Assembly (NCBI RefSeq): GCF_009914755.1
Contig: NC_060930.1
Reading direction: 5' to 3' (one strand)
DNA length: 64,000 bases
Origin: the human T2T-CHM13v2.0 reference genome, Homo sapiens
In this document: piece after piece, positions 31,601 to 44,160 of the stretch
Layout: each line of letters starts with the position of its first letter
Numbering within the stretch: the stretch's first letter is position 1
Notes under the pieces: model-generated
Seen by the model: the letters and a program-made list of their open reading frames with translations, nothing else
Databases searched by the model: none
What the model was told of the DNA's origin: nothing
Made by a program: the position numbers and the translations under genes

Positions 31601-31890
31601 TAAGGCAGTGGAACTACAGTATGTAGAGAACATACACTATGATGCTGTCATGGTGGATGATGCCATTATAGGCCTGTCAGAACCCATAGAAGGCACACCA
31701 CCAAGAGTGAATGCTGATAAACTGTGGACTTTGGTGATGATGATGTGTCAATGTAGGTTCATCAACAATGGTAACAGTAACAAACGTACCACTCTGGTGG
31801 AAGATAGGGACAGGGGGCCAGGAGGCACAAGGGAAATCTCCATACTTTCCTCACAATTTTGCTGTGAACCTAAAACTGCTCTTTAAAAAG
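28640..31890 (+). mobile_element. L1MC1/2-like 3' ~3.2 kb
   Basis: ORF2 RT to C-terminal remnants, plus L1MC 3'UTR: cccatagaaggcacaccaccaagagtgaa...ggactttggtgatgatgatgtgtcaatgtaggttcatc...ttttgctgtgaacctaaaactgctct. Confidence 0.88.
30061..30229 (+). mobile_element. Short L1MA 3'UTR fragment nested in the L1MC ORF2
   Basis: aacaataatttattgta..agctagaagagaggattctgaa..aattaccctgatttgatcatta..aacatcacactgta, flanked by gaaaggcaaaa / gaaaagcaaaa. Confidence 0.7.
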
Positions 31891-32089
31891 AATTTGTTTA
31901 AGTAAACTTTCAGAAAAGCTGCACATATCGTTATAAGAGTGTTCAGTTACTTTGTATGTTTCTAAAATAACACATCTAGCATCAACAAGAAGGTTAATGA
32001 GGCCAGGAACTGCTGTCCACTGAGTACATGAAATGGTAGTCTAGGCTACTGGGCCCACAGATCCAGTTAATGCTTGTGTGTCATTCTGA

Positions 32090-32718
<629 letters not shown>

Positions 32719-33185
32719 ATTTTGAGTTATTTTTATGTGGGCATAGATTAAAATAAATAAAGAACATAAACTCTTCTAAGGAAAAATAAATGAGGAAAAA
32801 TACTATAAAATTCCAAAGGCGTTTGAGCTGGCATGTCCATTCATGCTATTTTGGAAAGGTGAATGAGTCCCCACTTTATAAATACAAATCATACTTCAGT
32901 TGGATGAAACTACTACAGTAAACAAACTGATTTCTACCACCCCTACAGCTAATGAACTGGGACTCATAAGGCTCCAATCACTTCGCTAAGTAATTTAGAC
33001 ACAGAGAGACCCCACGCTCACCCTCACTGGGCCCCCTTATCTGGGTTACGTTTTTCACAGAACTTACCACTATCTCTCCTGATTTACTCCAGGCACCTCC
33101 TAGTTGGTCTCCTGTGTCCAACCTCTTCCTCTAGTTTTTTCTCAACATAACAACCTGAGTGACTCTGTTAAAACAAGAGGAGGAT

Positions 33186-33480
<295 letters not shown>

Positions 33481-33489
33481 CGTGTCTTA

Positions 33490-33660
33490 TTAGCAGCCAG
33501 AGAGTAAAGACGATTCTGGCTTTGAAGGCCAGGTCGCTTGCGTCATAACCACGCAACTCCGCTGCTGCTATTCTGAACGCAGTCACAGTCGACACTTACA
33601 TGAATGCCTGCGTACTGATAAAACTTTATTTACAAAAACAGGGTCATCTGCAAACCCCTG
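33490..33660. mobile_element. MER58-like hAT-Charlie relic
   Basis: gccagagagtaaagacgattctggctttgaaggcca...caactccgctgctg...ataaaactttatttacaaaaacagg...tgcaaacccctg. Confidence 0.7.
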
Positions 33661-34659
33661 TCTTAGAAGTCAGATTTTTCTCAGTGATCTACTCAATACC
33701 CTCCCGTGGGTTCCGTCCCACGCAGAGAAGCCGCATACAAAGAAAGGCAACAGGGGTCTGGGCCCCACTGCCCCCAGTCACTCAGGAGGTCTCCCTCTCA
33801 CTTGCTGCTCCAGTGTCCGTCCTGCTGACCCAAGCATCCAGGCTCCATCCTGCTCGGGCCTGTGTTCTCATCGTCCCACCACCCGGCAGTCATGCAGCCC
33901 ACCCCGACCACACATGCAGAGTCGCTGTCCCCACCTGCACAAGCTGCCCCCCACTTCCTTCCGTTTAGCCATAGAACCCGTGGCCTTTTAATAAGCACGT
34001 AGATGACCACTCATGTTATTATTGTTCGTCTCCCCCACTGCACAAACACAAACACGCTGAAACGCCAGCTCCACGAGGACTTTCAGCCTGTTCCCGCTGC
34101 AGCCCTCACTCCCAGAGCAACAGCTGAACGCAGAGGGCATGGAATACAGCTGTGTTGGACAAATGATATATATTTAACAGCCGTACACCCTGCAGTAGCT
34201 CCCTCATAAACTTTCTTGAATTAATTTAATAATATTTCACTGATGAAACTAGCAATAAAAGAGGTGAAATCACTTGTTCAAGGTCATATAGCCAGAAAGA
34301 GGTAAAGGCAAGATTCATGCCAGGTTCCACTGAAGAAAGTGCTTGCTCTAAATCGATCAACTGCCTCCCTGGAACCTAATTTATTGTGATGTAATTATCC
34401 CTCACTATCTTCTAATATCTAATGTTTAAACATTGTTAGTGGAATTTTGTATTACCATATATGTAAAAATGAATTGTATTTTCATGCATGTTGTCTGTAA
34501 CTGAGGATTTTTAACTGTTTTAAAAGACTCTCTCTCAGTTGAGGCTAAAATAATCATCCTTCATGACGTCCTCATTGCATGAACTTGAGAGTTCCGCAGC
34601 AGCAGATGTCATTTTAAAAGGCAGCTAAGCGCGGCTCGCACGCGCTCTGTGTGCTGTTT

Positions 34660-34674
34660 GGGGAGGGCCTGCCC

Positions 34675-34716
<42 letters not shown>

Positions 34717-34742
34717 CAGGGAGGTGGGGAGGGCCTGGAGGG

Positions 34743-34788
<46 letters not shown>

Positions 34789-34816
34789 CAGGGAGGTGGG
34801 GAGGGCCTGGGCGGGG
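34660..34816 (+). repeat. Duplicated compound repeat: (TG)n + tatgcagggaggtggggagggcctgg
   Basis: Two ~72-bp units with TG runs at 34677-34712 and 34745-34784. Confidence 0.92.
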
Positions 34817-35199
34817 ACGCCATCAGAGAGACCAGAGCACTGTGGGACAGCAGCATCCACAGGGACTGCGGGTGCTCAGGGAACGTTTTCAGGCAGCACC
34901 AGAGTCCTGGCTGTCCCGATGTGGCCCCTGCTCTAGGGAGCCGCCGACCTCTCACTCCCAGCCTGGCCCAGCAACGTCTCCCTGCCCATCCGCAAGCCAT
35001 TCTTTCCGGTTTAGTACACAGGTCAGGAGGAAGACATGGTACCATTTTTATCTTTAGAAAAGAAGAGCAATATAAAATATTCTCTGCCAAATTTTCATTG
35101 AATCTTTATGACACATCTTAGAATATAAATTAGAAATGGAGTGCCACAAAAGTGTCATAAAATGGAAAGGCCAAAACACACAGATCAGCTGTTCTATAG

Positions 35200-35720
35200 T
35201 AGGAGGATTTCTGGTCTTGGATGCAGGATTTCTGCTTCAGAACCTTCTCTGTCATTTAGTAACTTAGTGGCCAGGGGTCAACCTCAAGCGCTTTAAATCT
35301 CAGGCTCCTTTCTATATAAGGGAATGATAACACCTTCTTTTAAGGCCTGCTTTGAAGGCTAAATTGATATTTTTATGTGAACATTACGACCTGCTAGAAG
35401 AGCATAACATGCTTAAGGAGATACTTAAGGTTCTCTTCTCCCAGAACAAACTGAAAATACTTCCACAAATGGGGACGTTACCGTTCACATGTTCATAATA
35501 TATTGTGTTCCAAAGCCCTGGAACCCTCCAGATGTTCTGAAGAGGCAGAATGGAGTGAGAGAAAGAATGCTGGCTGAGAGCAGAAGACCTGATTTTACTC
35601 TAAAGTTTGCCACAAATTAGGTCTATGACATCTTACAATTCCTAAATTCTCTAAATGGCAGATTTTTGATCTTTAAAATGAAATTATTCTTTGTAATCTT
35701 TTAAGTCACTTTTTTTAGTG
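35200..35720. mobile_element. MIR fragments (two)
   Basis: ctcaggctcctttctatataagggaatgataacacc; gaatgctggctgagagcagaagacctg..ttgccacaaattaggtctatgacatctt. Confidence 0.55.
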
Positions 35721-36704
35721 TGCTATTGTTCTAGTTCTGCTACAATTTCGCATGGACAGACAAGCTGACAAAGTCCTGATTACCTGAGGAAACGAAGTAA
35801 TAACCAAGTGGAATAAGGCAACTCAAGAAACCCAACAGCAAAGGGCAGAGCTGAGGCTAGAAGCGTGTGGTCATGCCCGGGTTCTAGTTCATGCCCAGTT
35901 CATGCCCAGCCCATGCTCCCTTCAGCCTCAGGGGCTGGAAGGACTCAGCGGCTGGGTGGGACGGGGCTGCAGTCGGGCACAAGTGCCTACCACGCTCTAA
36001 GGGAAAGGTTGATGGTGAATGCAGGAAGACGGGACCCATCAGCAGAGGCAAGTCCTCTGACCAAGAAAATACGAGCAAAGCTGCCCCTGTCGGTGCTTTG
36101 CAAGCAAATCACAGATGTGCTACGATTCATGGCCCTGCTTGTCAACTCCAGTACTCTTTATATAAATCATTGCTGGCGAAATACAATTTTAGATATTAAA
36201 ATAGCCTGAAGTATAACCAAATCAAAATATTGAAGTAGGGTGCATCCTTAAAAATATAAGCATTTCTGCATTCCAGATCCCAAACTTTCGGAGCTGCAAA
36301 GCAAACACTGTTCCCGTGTGGCTTCTGTGCCACCCGGTTCTTCTGCGTTTCAGCTCAAGCAATGACTGCACCACCACCCTCTGTGCTGGTCAACCACCAC
36401 CATGTGCAACCGTAAAAGGGGATTCGCTGTACTTTCCCCACGAGTGCATTAGTAACCTCCTAGGTTACATTACAGCCTACTTTTATGCATAAAACTCGCT
36501 TGGCTTCTGGTGATTTATCATTTTAAATGTTTTAAAAGTAAATTGACTACATACATTTTGTTTTCTAGAATTCTGTGTGGTAGATGTATATTTTTGCCTC
36601 CACGATGACATAAATACTCTTGGATGAAAAATACTGTACTTTCTAGGCAATATTAACATAAGTAAAGTTGTTAGAAATAACTAGTTATAACATAAGAACA
36701 TGGA

Positions 36705-37100
36705 TTGATTTATTTCACCAGCATTCACTGAGCATCTGATCTATACTGATGATTAGGCTGACTAACAAGAATAAAAATGAAAAACTATTCTTCCCTTGAA
36801 TAACTAAAATTCCAGTGGCACACAGGATATATAAGTTGACGGTTTACAATGTGATGCCCGGGTCCTCTTCACATCAGCATCTAAAGCCTGCGATGGAGAC
36901 ACCAAGGTCTGACGTTAACTTCATTTCAGGGGATGTCTCAGAGAGGACAACATTTGAAGGAGGACGAAGGGCTAAGGAGGAGTCTGAAAAGAGCAAGTGG
37001 GAAAAACACATTCCAAGCAAAGAAGAGCAGACTGCTCCAGGCTGAGCTCATCCCCAGAGGAGGAGAGGGCTCTGGGGACCAGTGCACCAGAGAAGGATGG
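36705..37100 (-). mobile_element. L2 fragment
   Basis: atttattcaccagcattcactgagcatctg...gagaggacaacatttgaagg...acattccaagcaaagaagagcag. Confidence 0.6.
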
Positions 37101-37659
37101 AAGGGAGACCAGGCGGAAAGGTAGACTTGGCAGCACGAGCTCAGCCTTGTTAGGACTCAATCCTACAGGCAGTGAAGAGGATGAAAAAACAATCATCATT
37201 TATATTTCTCACAAAAATTCTTAGGGGAAAAATAAAAATTGTAAATTAACACACCAAAACTATGGCCATATGACACATGAGGTCAATTACAATATAATTA
37301 ACCAATCTTAAGTGAGTAATTTTCCAGAATAATATTAGTGAGCCTTCACTTTTGTAATGGAGCCCGTAAGATTACCAAACATTAGGAGAGACAATAATTT
37401 TCTTCACTAGGCAACTATATAACTAATAACAACCATACCACTGGAAGAATAAACCAAATTCACTTGAAATATCTTCTGAAATTACAATAAGATTATTAAG
37501 CAAGAGATTTAACTTGCAGAGATAATGAAGTTCCACCAAGAACACCAGTGAAATTTAGCGGGAAAAGGAAATTGTTTTTAACACGTGTTGCTGGAGCAAA
37601 CCGATACTCATATAGGGAAAAATGACTCTTTACCTTACCTTTCTCCCCACCCAAAATCA

Positions 37660-38175
37660 GTTTGTGATGGAGGTAGAGGAGGGACCCATGCCCTCATGTG
37701 ACCCCTGTCTGTGAGCATGGGAGGCGCCTGTGGCATATAACACAGCATGTGTGATGAACCAAGGCATGCCTGTGCACACAGTTGCATCCTGCTGGAGTCT
37801 CTCTCGCTTGCTGGCTGTGAGGAGGCATGTGGTTGTGCTGGGCTCCTACCTGTGAGGTAGGAGCCTTGGGGGCCTCAGGGAGCTGATGATGGCTTCCACC
37901 CTGTAGCCAGCAAGGAACTGAAGCCCTCAGTCCTGCAGTCACAAGGAATTAAAATCTGCCAAGTCCTTGGTGAGCTTGCAAGCAGATCTGTCCCCAGGGA
38001 AGCCTCAGAAGGTAACCAAGGCCCTGCCAACAGCTTGGTCTCAGCCTTGTGAGACCCTGGGCAGAGGACCCAGCTCCCCCGAACCCTGACTCGTGACCCA
38101 CAGGAGCTGTGAGATAAAGAGGGTGTGGTTTCAAGCCACAGCAGTTTTGCTAATACTGTCATGTAGCAACGGGTT
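37660..38175 (+). mobile_element. MLT1 (F/G/H-like) MaLR solo LTR inserted in an L1ME
   Basis: agccagcaaggaactgaagccctcagtcc..cacaaggaattaaaatctgccaa..gcttggtctcagccttgtgagaccctgggcagaggacccagc..gtttcaagccac. Confidence 0.85.
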
Positions 38176-38179
38176 ATAG

Positions 38180-39200
38180 ATCCAAATGGAATAAAAAACC
38201 ACAAACATCCTAGAAGGAAACACAGAAGAATATCTTCTCAGTCTCTGGGTTAGCAAAGGTTTCTTAGGCCACAGAAAGCATTAAGCAAATCTAATTTTAA
38301 TTAAAAACTAGATTTCATAAAAATGTAAAATTTCTGTTCATTAATGGATGCCATGATGACACCAATAAGCAACCCACAGATTAGGGGAAATACTGCAATA
38401 CCTGTCTAGAGCTGAGAATACATTAAAAAAGAAAAGTTCTATAATTCAATAATTTAGAAAAGAACCCAATTAAAAATGGGCATATAAGTATATGGTAAAG
38501 TGCTCAACATCATTCATTACAAAAGAAATGCAAATTAAAACCACAATGAAAATACCACTCCGCAACCACCTCAAGGCTAAAATTAAAAAGACTAAAGAAA
38601 CCACATGTAACTGAGATGATGGCACTGAGACTCTCATACCTTGCTGGGGAGTGTCAAGATGTACAACCCCATGCAAAACTGAGAGGCAGTTACGTTGCGG
38701 TTAAGCACACATCGCCCTCAGCAACTGCACTCGTGTCTCTCGCAAGAGAAACGAGAACATGTGTTCACACAAACAGCTGTACAAGAATTTTTATGGCAGC
38801 ATTATTTGTAATCACCAAAAACTGGAAACATCAAAAGATCCCCAACTGAGGGCTGGGTAAACTGTGTTTCTCCCACACAGGGGAAAATGCCTCGGTGATA
38901 TAAAGGAAGGAACCAGAATGCGTGCAACATTGTGGAGGATTTTCAAAATCATTACACAGAGGCCAAGCAGAGAAGAAAACTTGCCAAATGGCATTCATGT
39001 GACAACCCGGAACAGACAAAGCCAGTCTGTGATGGACACAAGAGCAGTTTCCACCTTGGAGAGTGGAAATGAGGACTGACTGGGGACGTGGGGAAGACCC
39101 TGAGGTGGGGGGTGCGGTGCAGGTGCACCTGTGATGCGGGACTGGGGCCTCTGGCTGTTCATTTGTTCATTGTAACCCCAGACAAAGAAAGGAGCCCTCA
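38180..39200 (+). mobile_element. L1ME-like 3' fragment
   Basis: aaacatcctagaaggaaacacagaagaatatctt; gaaatgcaaattaaaaccacaatgaaa; tttatggcagcattatttgtaatcaccaaaaactggaaac. Confidence 0.75.
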
Positions 39201-39339
39201 CCCTACATGATTTAGAACATGTGCTTATTCAGTGCCTCTGCAGATGAACTGCCAATACTTTTATTTCTTTATCTTCAATCTTTCCTTTTCAATTCTTCTT
39301 CCAAAATTCTTTTATTTTGATTAAAAACATCAAAGTATA

Positions 39340-39473
39340 AGCTGGGCATGGTGGCCCACACCTGTGGTCCCAGACACTCAGGAGGCTGGGGTGGGAAGAT
39401 TGCAGGAGCCCAAGAGTTGAGCTTGGGCAAGAGGGAGATGCTGTCTCTAACATTTTTTTCAATAAAAATAAAA
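39340..39473 (+). mobile_element. Alu monomer (FLAM/FRAM-like)
   Basis: Single arm gctgggcatggtggcccacacctgtggtcccag..., with TSD aaaa(c/t)atcaaagtat. Confidence 0.8.
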
Positions 39474-40009
39474 ATATCAAAGTATTTTTTAAAAACTTGC
39501 ATTCCCCTCCACTTAATAAGTTATCAGGACAGAAGATTATCACTAAAATAAGAGACTGTCTTCATTGCCCTTTTCTATACTGTACACTGTTTTAGACTTG
39601 AAAAAACATATTGACTTGAATATAAAAATGGGATAATTTTTTATAGCAGCCTAAGTGTCTATAAAGCCCTCTTAACTTTATAGTGTTTCTATGATGGCTA
39701 AGAACTATGAGAGCATAAATCAGGTCACTATATTTCCCAACACTATCCACAAATTTCTGGGTTCAAACAAAAAGGTGTGCCCTGCATTTCATCAGAAATT
39801 GGTCTAAGTCCAATACTCCCTTTGACATTTCTATTTCCCACAAGCAGCGATGGCTTCTGCACATAAAAACTCCTCACTGAAGTGATCTTGTGTCAGAGTA
39901 TGTTAATTACTGATTTTGATCATATTTGAATTTAGCCTCTTCTGATTGCTATTCTAACAGATCAGTTGATATTCTGGCCTCAGGAAGCATCAATTGAACA
40001 GGGCATGCT

Positions 40010-40369
40010 CAAGATATTACATTTAATTTTTAATAATTAGTAATATGTAATAATTCATGCTTAGAATATCATTGGCCAGGCTGGAAACAGACCCAGGTGC
40101 ACTGCTGGAATGCTGAGTTCGAGAATAAGCACCAGGCTCCCATCCCGGTGGAGTCCTTGCTGCTGGATGTGGGTCTTGCTGGTCAAATGAATGGAGACCC
40201 GGAGCACAGGCAGCCGAGGATTGGGCAGTCATCGGGATGGCGGCTCATCTGCAAATAGCCAGTGCACACCTCCAGGCAACAGGATGACGAGTCTCTGCAG
40301 TGTGCCCTGAGACCCTGCAGCTAAGTCCTGAGATGGAAAAGCCAAGCTTGCAGGCTCTTCCATGGACCA
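40010..40369 (-). ncRNA. Candidate terminal exon with tandem ATTAAA poly(A) signals
   Basis: Acceptor ttatcccagactttctatttcag|TGGTCC. Minus-strand ATTAAA twice (plus tttaat at 40022 and 40029). Unique sequence. Confidence 0.45.
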
Positions 40370-40592
40370 CTGAAATAGAAAGTCTGGGATAAGGGCCCAG
40401 AGGTCTTCATTTTTTCGGAAACACTCCAGCAGATTTTTATGCAGTTCCATTCTGGATGCCATGATTTTCCAATTCAATTATTCGTCACTCCACGAAGATA
40501 AATGCAGAACTCATCCAGAGTCCATGAGCCATAAATCCACAGCATAGCAGGCTTCTCATTTTGACTACTGTTGGTAAGAGTAAGTTACTTAC

Positions 40593-40652
40593 ATTTGAAT
40601 CCTGGAATAAACCAGCTATTACTGACTCAAATTCAGAATCTTTTGTTTTACA
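40593..40652 (-). ncRNA. Candidate 60-nt internal exon
   Basis: gatctacag|TGTAAAAC...GATTCAAAT|gtaagt (consensus donor). Confidence 0.4.
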
Positions 40653-40734
40653 CTGTAGATCATAATACATTGCACTTGGAAGTTACAGGCCTGACAGGCT
40701 TGGATCGTTTACAGTAAAAATAATAATATCCTAC

Positions 40735-40853
40735 CAGTTCCGTAGTTCAGTTTCCTTCTCTTTCTGCTGAAGAAATTCCGTCGGCAACCACAAATCTTGA
40801 AGCCAATCCCTTATGTTCTCATTGTCTTAATTTATCATCTGGACAGCTCATCC
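40735..40853 (-). ncRNA. Candidate 119-nt internal exon
   Basis: ctttcactgccatgcag|GGATGAG...GGAACTG|gtagga. All three frames contain stops. Confidence 0.35.
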
Positions 40854-41544
40854 CTGCATGGCAGTGAAAGATCAATACTATGTGGAGCACATTTTTTTGG
40901 CTCTTATATAAATCACTTGAATGTAAAGTAGGTAGCGTGGCGATGGCAAGCTGCCTACTTCTGCAGTCTGTACGGCAGCCTTTACATTCACGGTTTGGCT
41001 GTTGACTTTGCTAGAATCTGCAGAACATTTTCCAAATGGAAGGTAGTGTAGATTCCTTAGGCATGAAATTAACTTTAATGATGTGGGCATTGATGAGACA
41101 GTCAGGAAATATCTGGAAATGACACACTCTTCAGAACTATAAATTGTACATGAAAACACACATTTGAAACCACTCAGGGACTAAAAAAGAAAAAAACAAG
41201 CATTAATGCCACATTAGTAGAAATATAATATATGTTGCCTCTCACAGAAATAAGAAACTTTTTTGAAATGTTGATTTGGAACTGAGTTCTAGTCAATAAA
41301 TTTGAGAAGGAAACCTTTCTCCAGTTCCCGAGTGTCCATAGTAAGAAAGACACGGCTTTCTGCTCTTGAATCTGCCCCGAAAGGCTCCGTACAGCTCACC
41401 CCGCTTTTCTTCAAGATGATTCCCAGTGCTTGCTGGTGGCAGCAGAACACACTCCTCTCTTCTGCCCTTATACAGCTCTGTGGTGCGTAGGTGGGCACCA
41501 TGCCAAGAAGATGGAATCTGAAGTCAGATCAATGAGGTGCGAAG

Positions 41545-41735
41545 CCTTGCGTGTCCACTTACCCACTGTGTGCTTTTGTTCAGGCATTTTAACTTCTTTA
41601 TGCCTCAGTTTCCTTACCTGCGATAGGAAGGTAATGAGGTATCTGCTTGTTAAGGCTGTGATGATTACATAAAGCACTTAAGGATGGTGACTGTGACACA
41701 GTAAGCACCTAATCAGTGCAAGTAAATGTTTAAAT
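41545..41735 (+). mobile_element. MIR
   Basis: cacttacccactgtgtg..ggcattttaacttctttatgcctcagtttccttacctg..taaagcactta..cacagtaagcacctaat. Confidence 0.8.
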
Positions 41736-41742
41736 TGACCTC

Positions 41743-42096
41743 TGATATGGTTTGGCTGTGTCCCCACCCAAATCTCCACTTGAATCGTATCTCCCAGAAT
41801 TCCCACAAGTTGTGGGAGGGACCCAGGGGAAGGTAACTGAATCACGGGAGCCTGTCTTTCCCGTGCTGTTCTCGTGATAGTGACTAAGTCTCACGAGATC
41901 TGATGGTTTTAGCAGGGATTTCTGCTTTTGCTTCTCTCTCATTCTCTCTTCCCTGCCACCATGTAAAAAGTGCCTTTTACCCTCCGCCATGTCTGGGAGG
42001 CCTCCCCAGCCATATGGAACCGCAAGTCAAATTAAACCTACTTTTCTCCCCAGTCTCAGGTATGTCTTTATCAGCAGCATAAAATGGACCAATACA
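41743..42096 (+). mobile_element. THE1 (A-like) solo LTR
   Basis: tgatatggtttggctgtgtccccacccaaatctc...aattaaacc...tatcagcagcataaaatggaccaataca, with 5-bp TSD acctc (41738-41742 and 42097-42101). Confidence 0.95.
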
Positions 42097-42730
42097 ACCT
42101 CAAACCATTTTGTCTTTGGCTACAAATAAGAAGTAAGGTGTGTGCACATGGCCCAGACAAGAAACTCCAAGTGAGAGCCAGGCAAGGCCAGTGTGCAGGG
42201 AGGCTGCCCAAGCCTGACGGGAAGGCACCAAGGTGTCGGGCACAGCCAGGTCCAAGGGCCAGGGCCTTGTGGCTCTGAATTTGAAGATGGGCTTGATGCT
42301 GGCCCTCTTGTTGATGGGACACTAACTTTGGTCACTTTACCCCATCATCCTCAGCTACATATCCAGTACATACAATCATTATCAGATTGCTTTATTATTA
42401 ATGTTTTTATATATTACATATTTATAAAACATAAACTATTGTAAAAATGTAAACTACACATTTTATACTACCCCATGCAGATACACACACGCCCCTCACA
42501 GAGTGTCACACCATATCAATCCACTCTGTGGAGGCGAGACCTACTTAAGGGACAGAAAGATCGTATAATCCAACACCTAATTTTAGAGATAAGAAAATCA
42601 AAGTTCAAAAGGTTTGCTGAGGAACTACATAGACAAATATATAGAATTTTTGTTCTTATTATTTAAATATTTTTAAGAGGTAACTGTTTAAACAAAATTG
42701 ATAATGATCTAGTGTGGAATTTAGAACAAA

Positions 42731-43091
42731 TGTGGTCTTAGTCCATTCAGGCTGCTGTCACAAAAATGCCATAAACTGGGTGGTTTGTAAACAACAGACA
42801 GTTATCTCTCACCGTCCTGGAGGCTGGAGGTCCAGGATGAAGGTGCTGGCAGTGCCTGGTGAGGGGCCTCCTCCTCATAGACAGTGCCTTCTCACTGCCC
42901 CTCACATGGTAGAAAGCGCCAACAAAGTGCCCTCAAGCCTCTTTTATGGGGGCATTAATTCCTGTCAGGAGGCTCTTCCCTCATGACCTCATCACCTCCT
43001 GATGGTCCCACCTCTGAACACCATCATCTTAAGAGAGAGGCTTTCAACATATGAATTTGGGGGGCAGAAAACAAACATTTAGATCATAACA
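42731..43091 (-). mobile_element. MLT1A/MSTD-like MaLR solo LTR
   Basis: tcttagtccattcaggctgctgtcacaaaaatgccataaactgggtgg...tttcaacatatgaatttgggggg..aaacatttagatcataaca. Confidence 0.85.
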
Positions 43092-44160
43092 TTGTAAAAG
43101 TAAAATGCATGACAATAATAGCACCCAGCCTGGAGAGGAGAAATGGAAGTTTGCTATTGTGAGATGAAGTGGTTTCATATCACTTAACAATAGAATACCA
43201 CAGCTAAAGATTTATACTTTAAATTAAAGAAACCTCAAATTAACTAAACAAAGAGTTACACCTAAGAAGCCAAAAAAAAAGATGATAAATGGAAATACAA
43301 AAAATATCTAATGGGGCCAAAAGAAAGCACAAAAATAAAAAAACAAAGATCAGAAGGAGCAAATAGAAAATGAATAAGCAAGACAGAGTTTGAAACATAA
43401 TCACATTAATAATCACATTAAATATGAATGGTCTAAACCCACACATTAAAAGGCAGAAATAGTCAAATTGCATAAAAGATCAAGATGTAATTAAATACAG
43501 CCTATAAGAAATGCACTTCAAACAAAGAGACCCAAATAGGTTTAAACAAATAATTTTAAAAGATATACCATCCTAACACTAACAAAAGAAAGCTAGAGTG
43601 GCTATATTAATATCGGACAAAGTATATTTCAAAGCAAAAAATATTCCCAGGAATAAAGACCACCATGTCATCACAATGAAGGTGTCTACTCATTAAGAGG
43701 ACATAATAACCCAAACCTAATAAAGTAGCTTTGAAATAAACAAAACAAAAAACTGATAGAATTACAAGGAAAAGAGAAAACCTAGAGGTATAGTCAGAGA
43801 TTTCAGTGCCGCTGTCAATCCTGGAAAGGACAAACACATACCACATAAGGACGCGGAAGACTTGAGGAACACACCTAACCAACACGACACGTTTCTCGGG
43901 TACTGCGCCGCCAACAGCAGAGTCTACATTCTTTCCAGGTGTACACAGAACACAAAGCAAAAGCAATCCATTCAAGCCATGCAAAGTATTTCCTCTATCC
44001 ATGTGGTATTAAATTGGAAATCAATAAGAGTTGAAGAAAGACCTCAAACATTTGAAAACAAAACAGCACACTAATTTTAGATAACCCATGAATCAATGAC
44101 AAAAATCAAAAGAGAATTTCAAAAGTATTTTGAACTAAATGAGTACATAAACATTTTCAC
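43092..44160 (+). mobile_element. L1M inter-ORF/ORF2 endonuclease fragment
   Basis: aataatcacattaaatatgaatggtctaaac; aagaaagctagagtggctatattaatatcggacaaagta; caacagcagagtctacattctttcc. Confidence 0.8.

Noticed and set aside
34609-35121. HTHT/CVCV-repeat ORFs
   Set aside because: These are translations of (TG)n.
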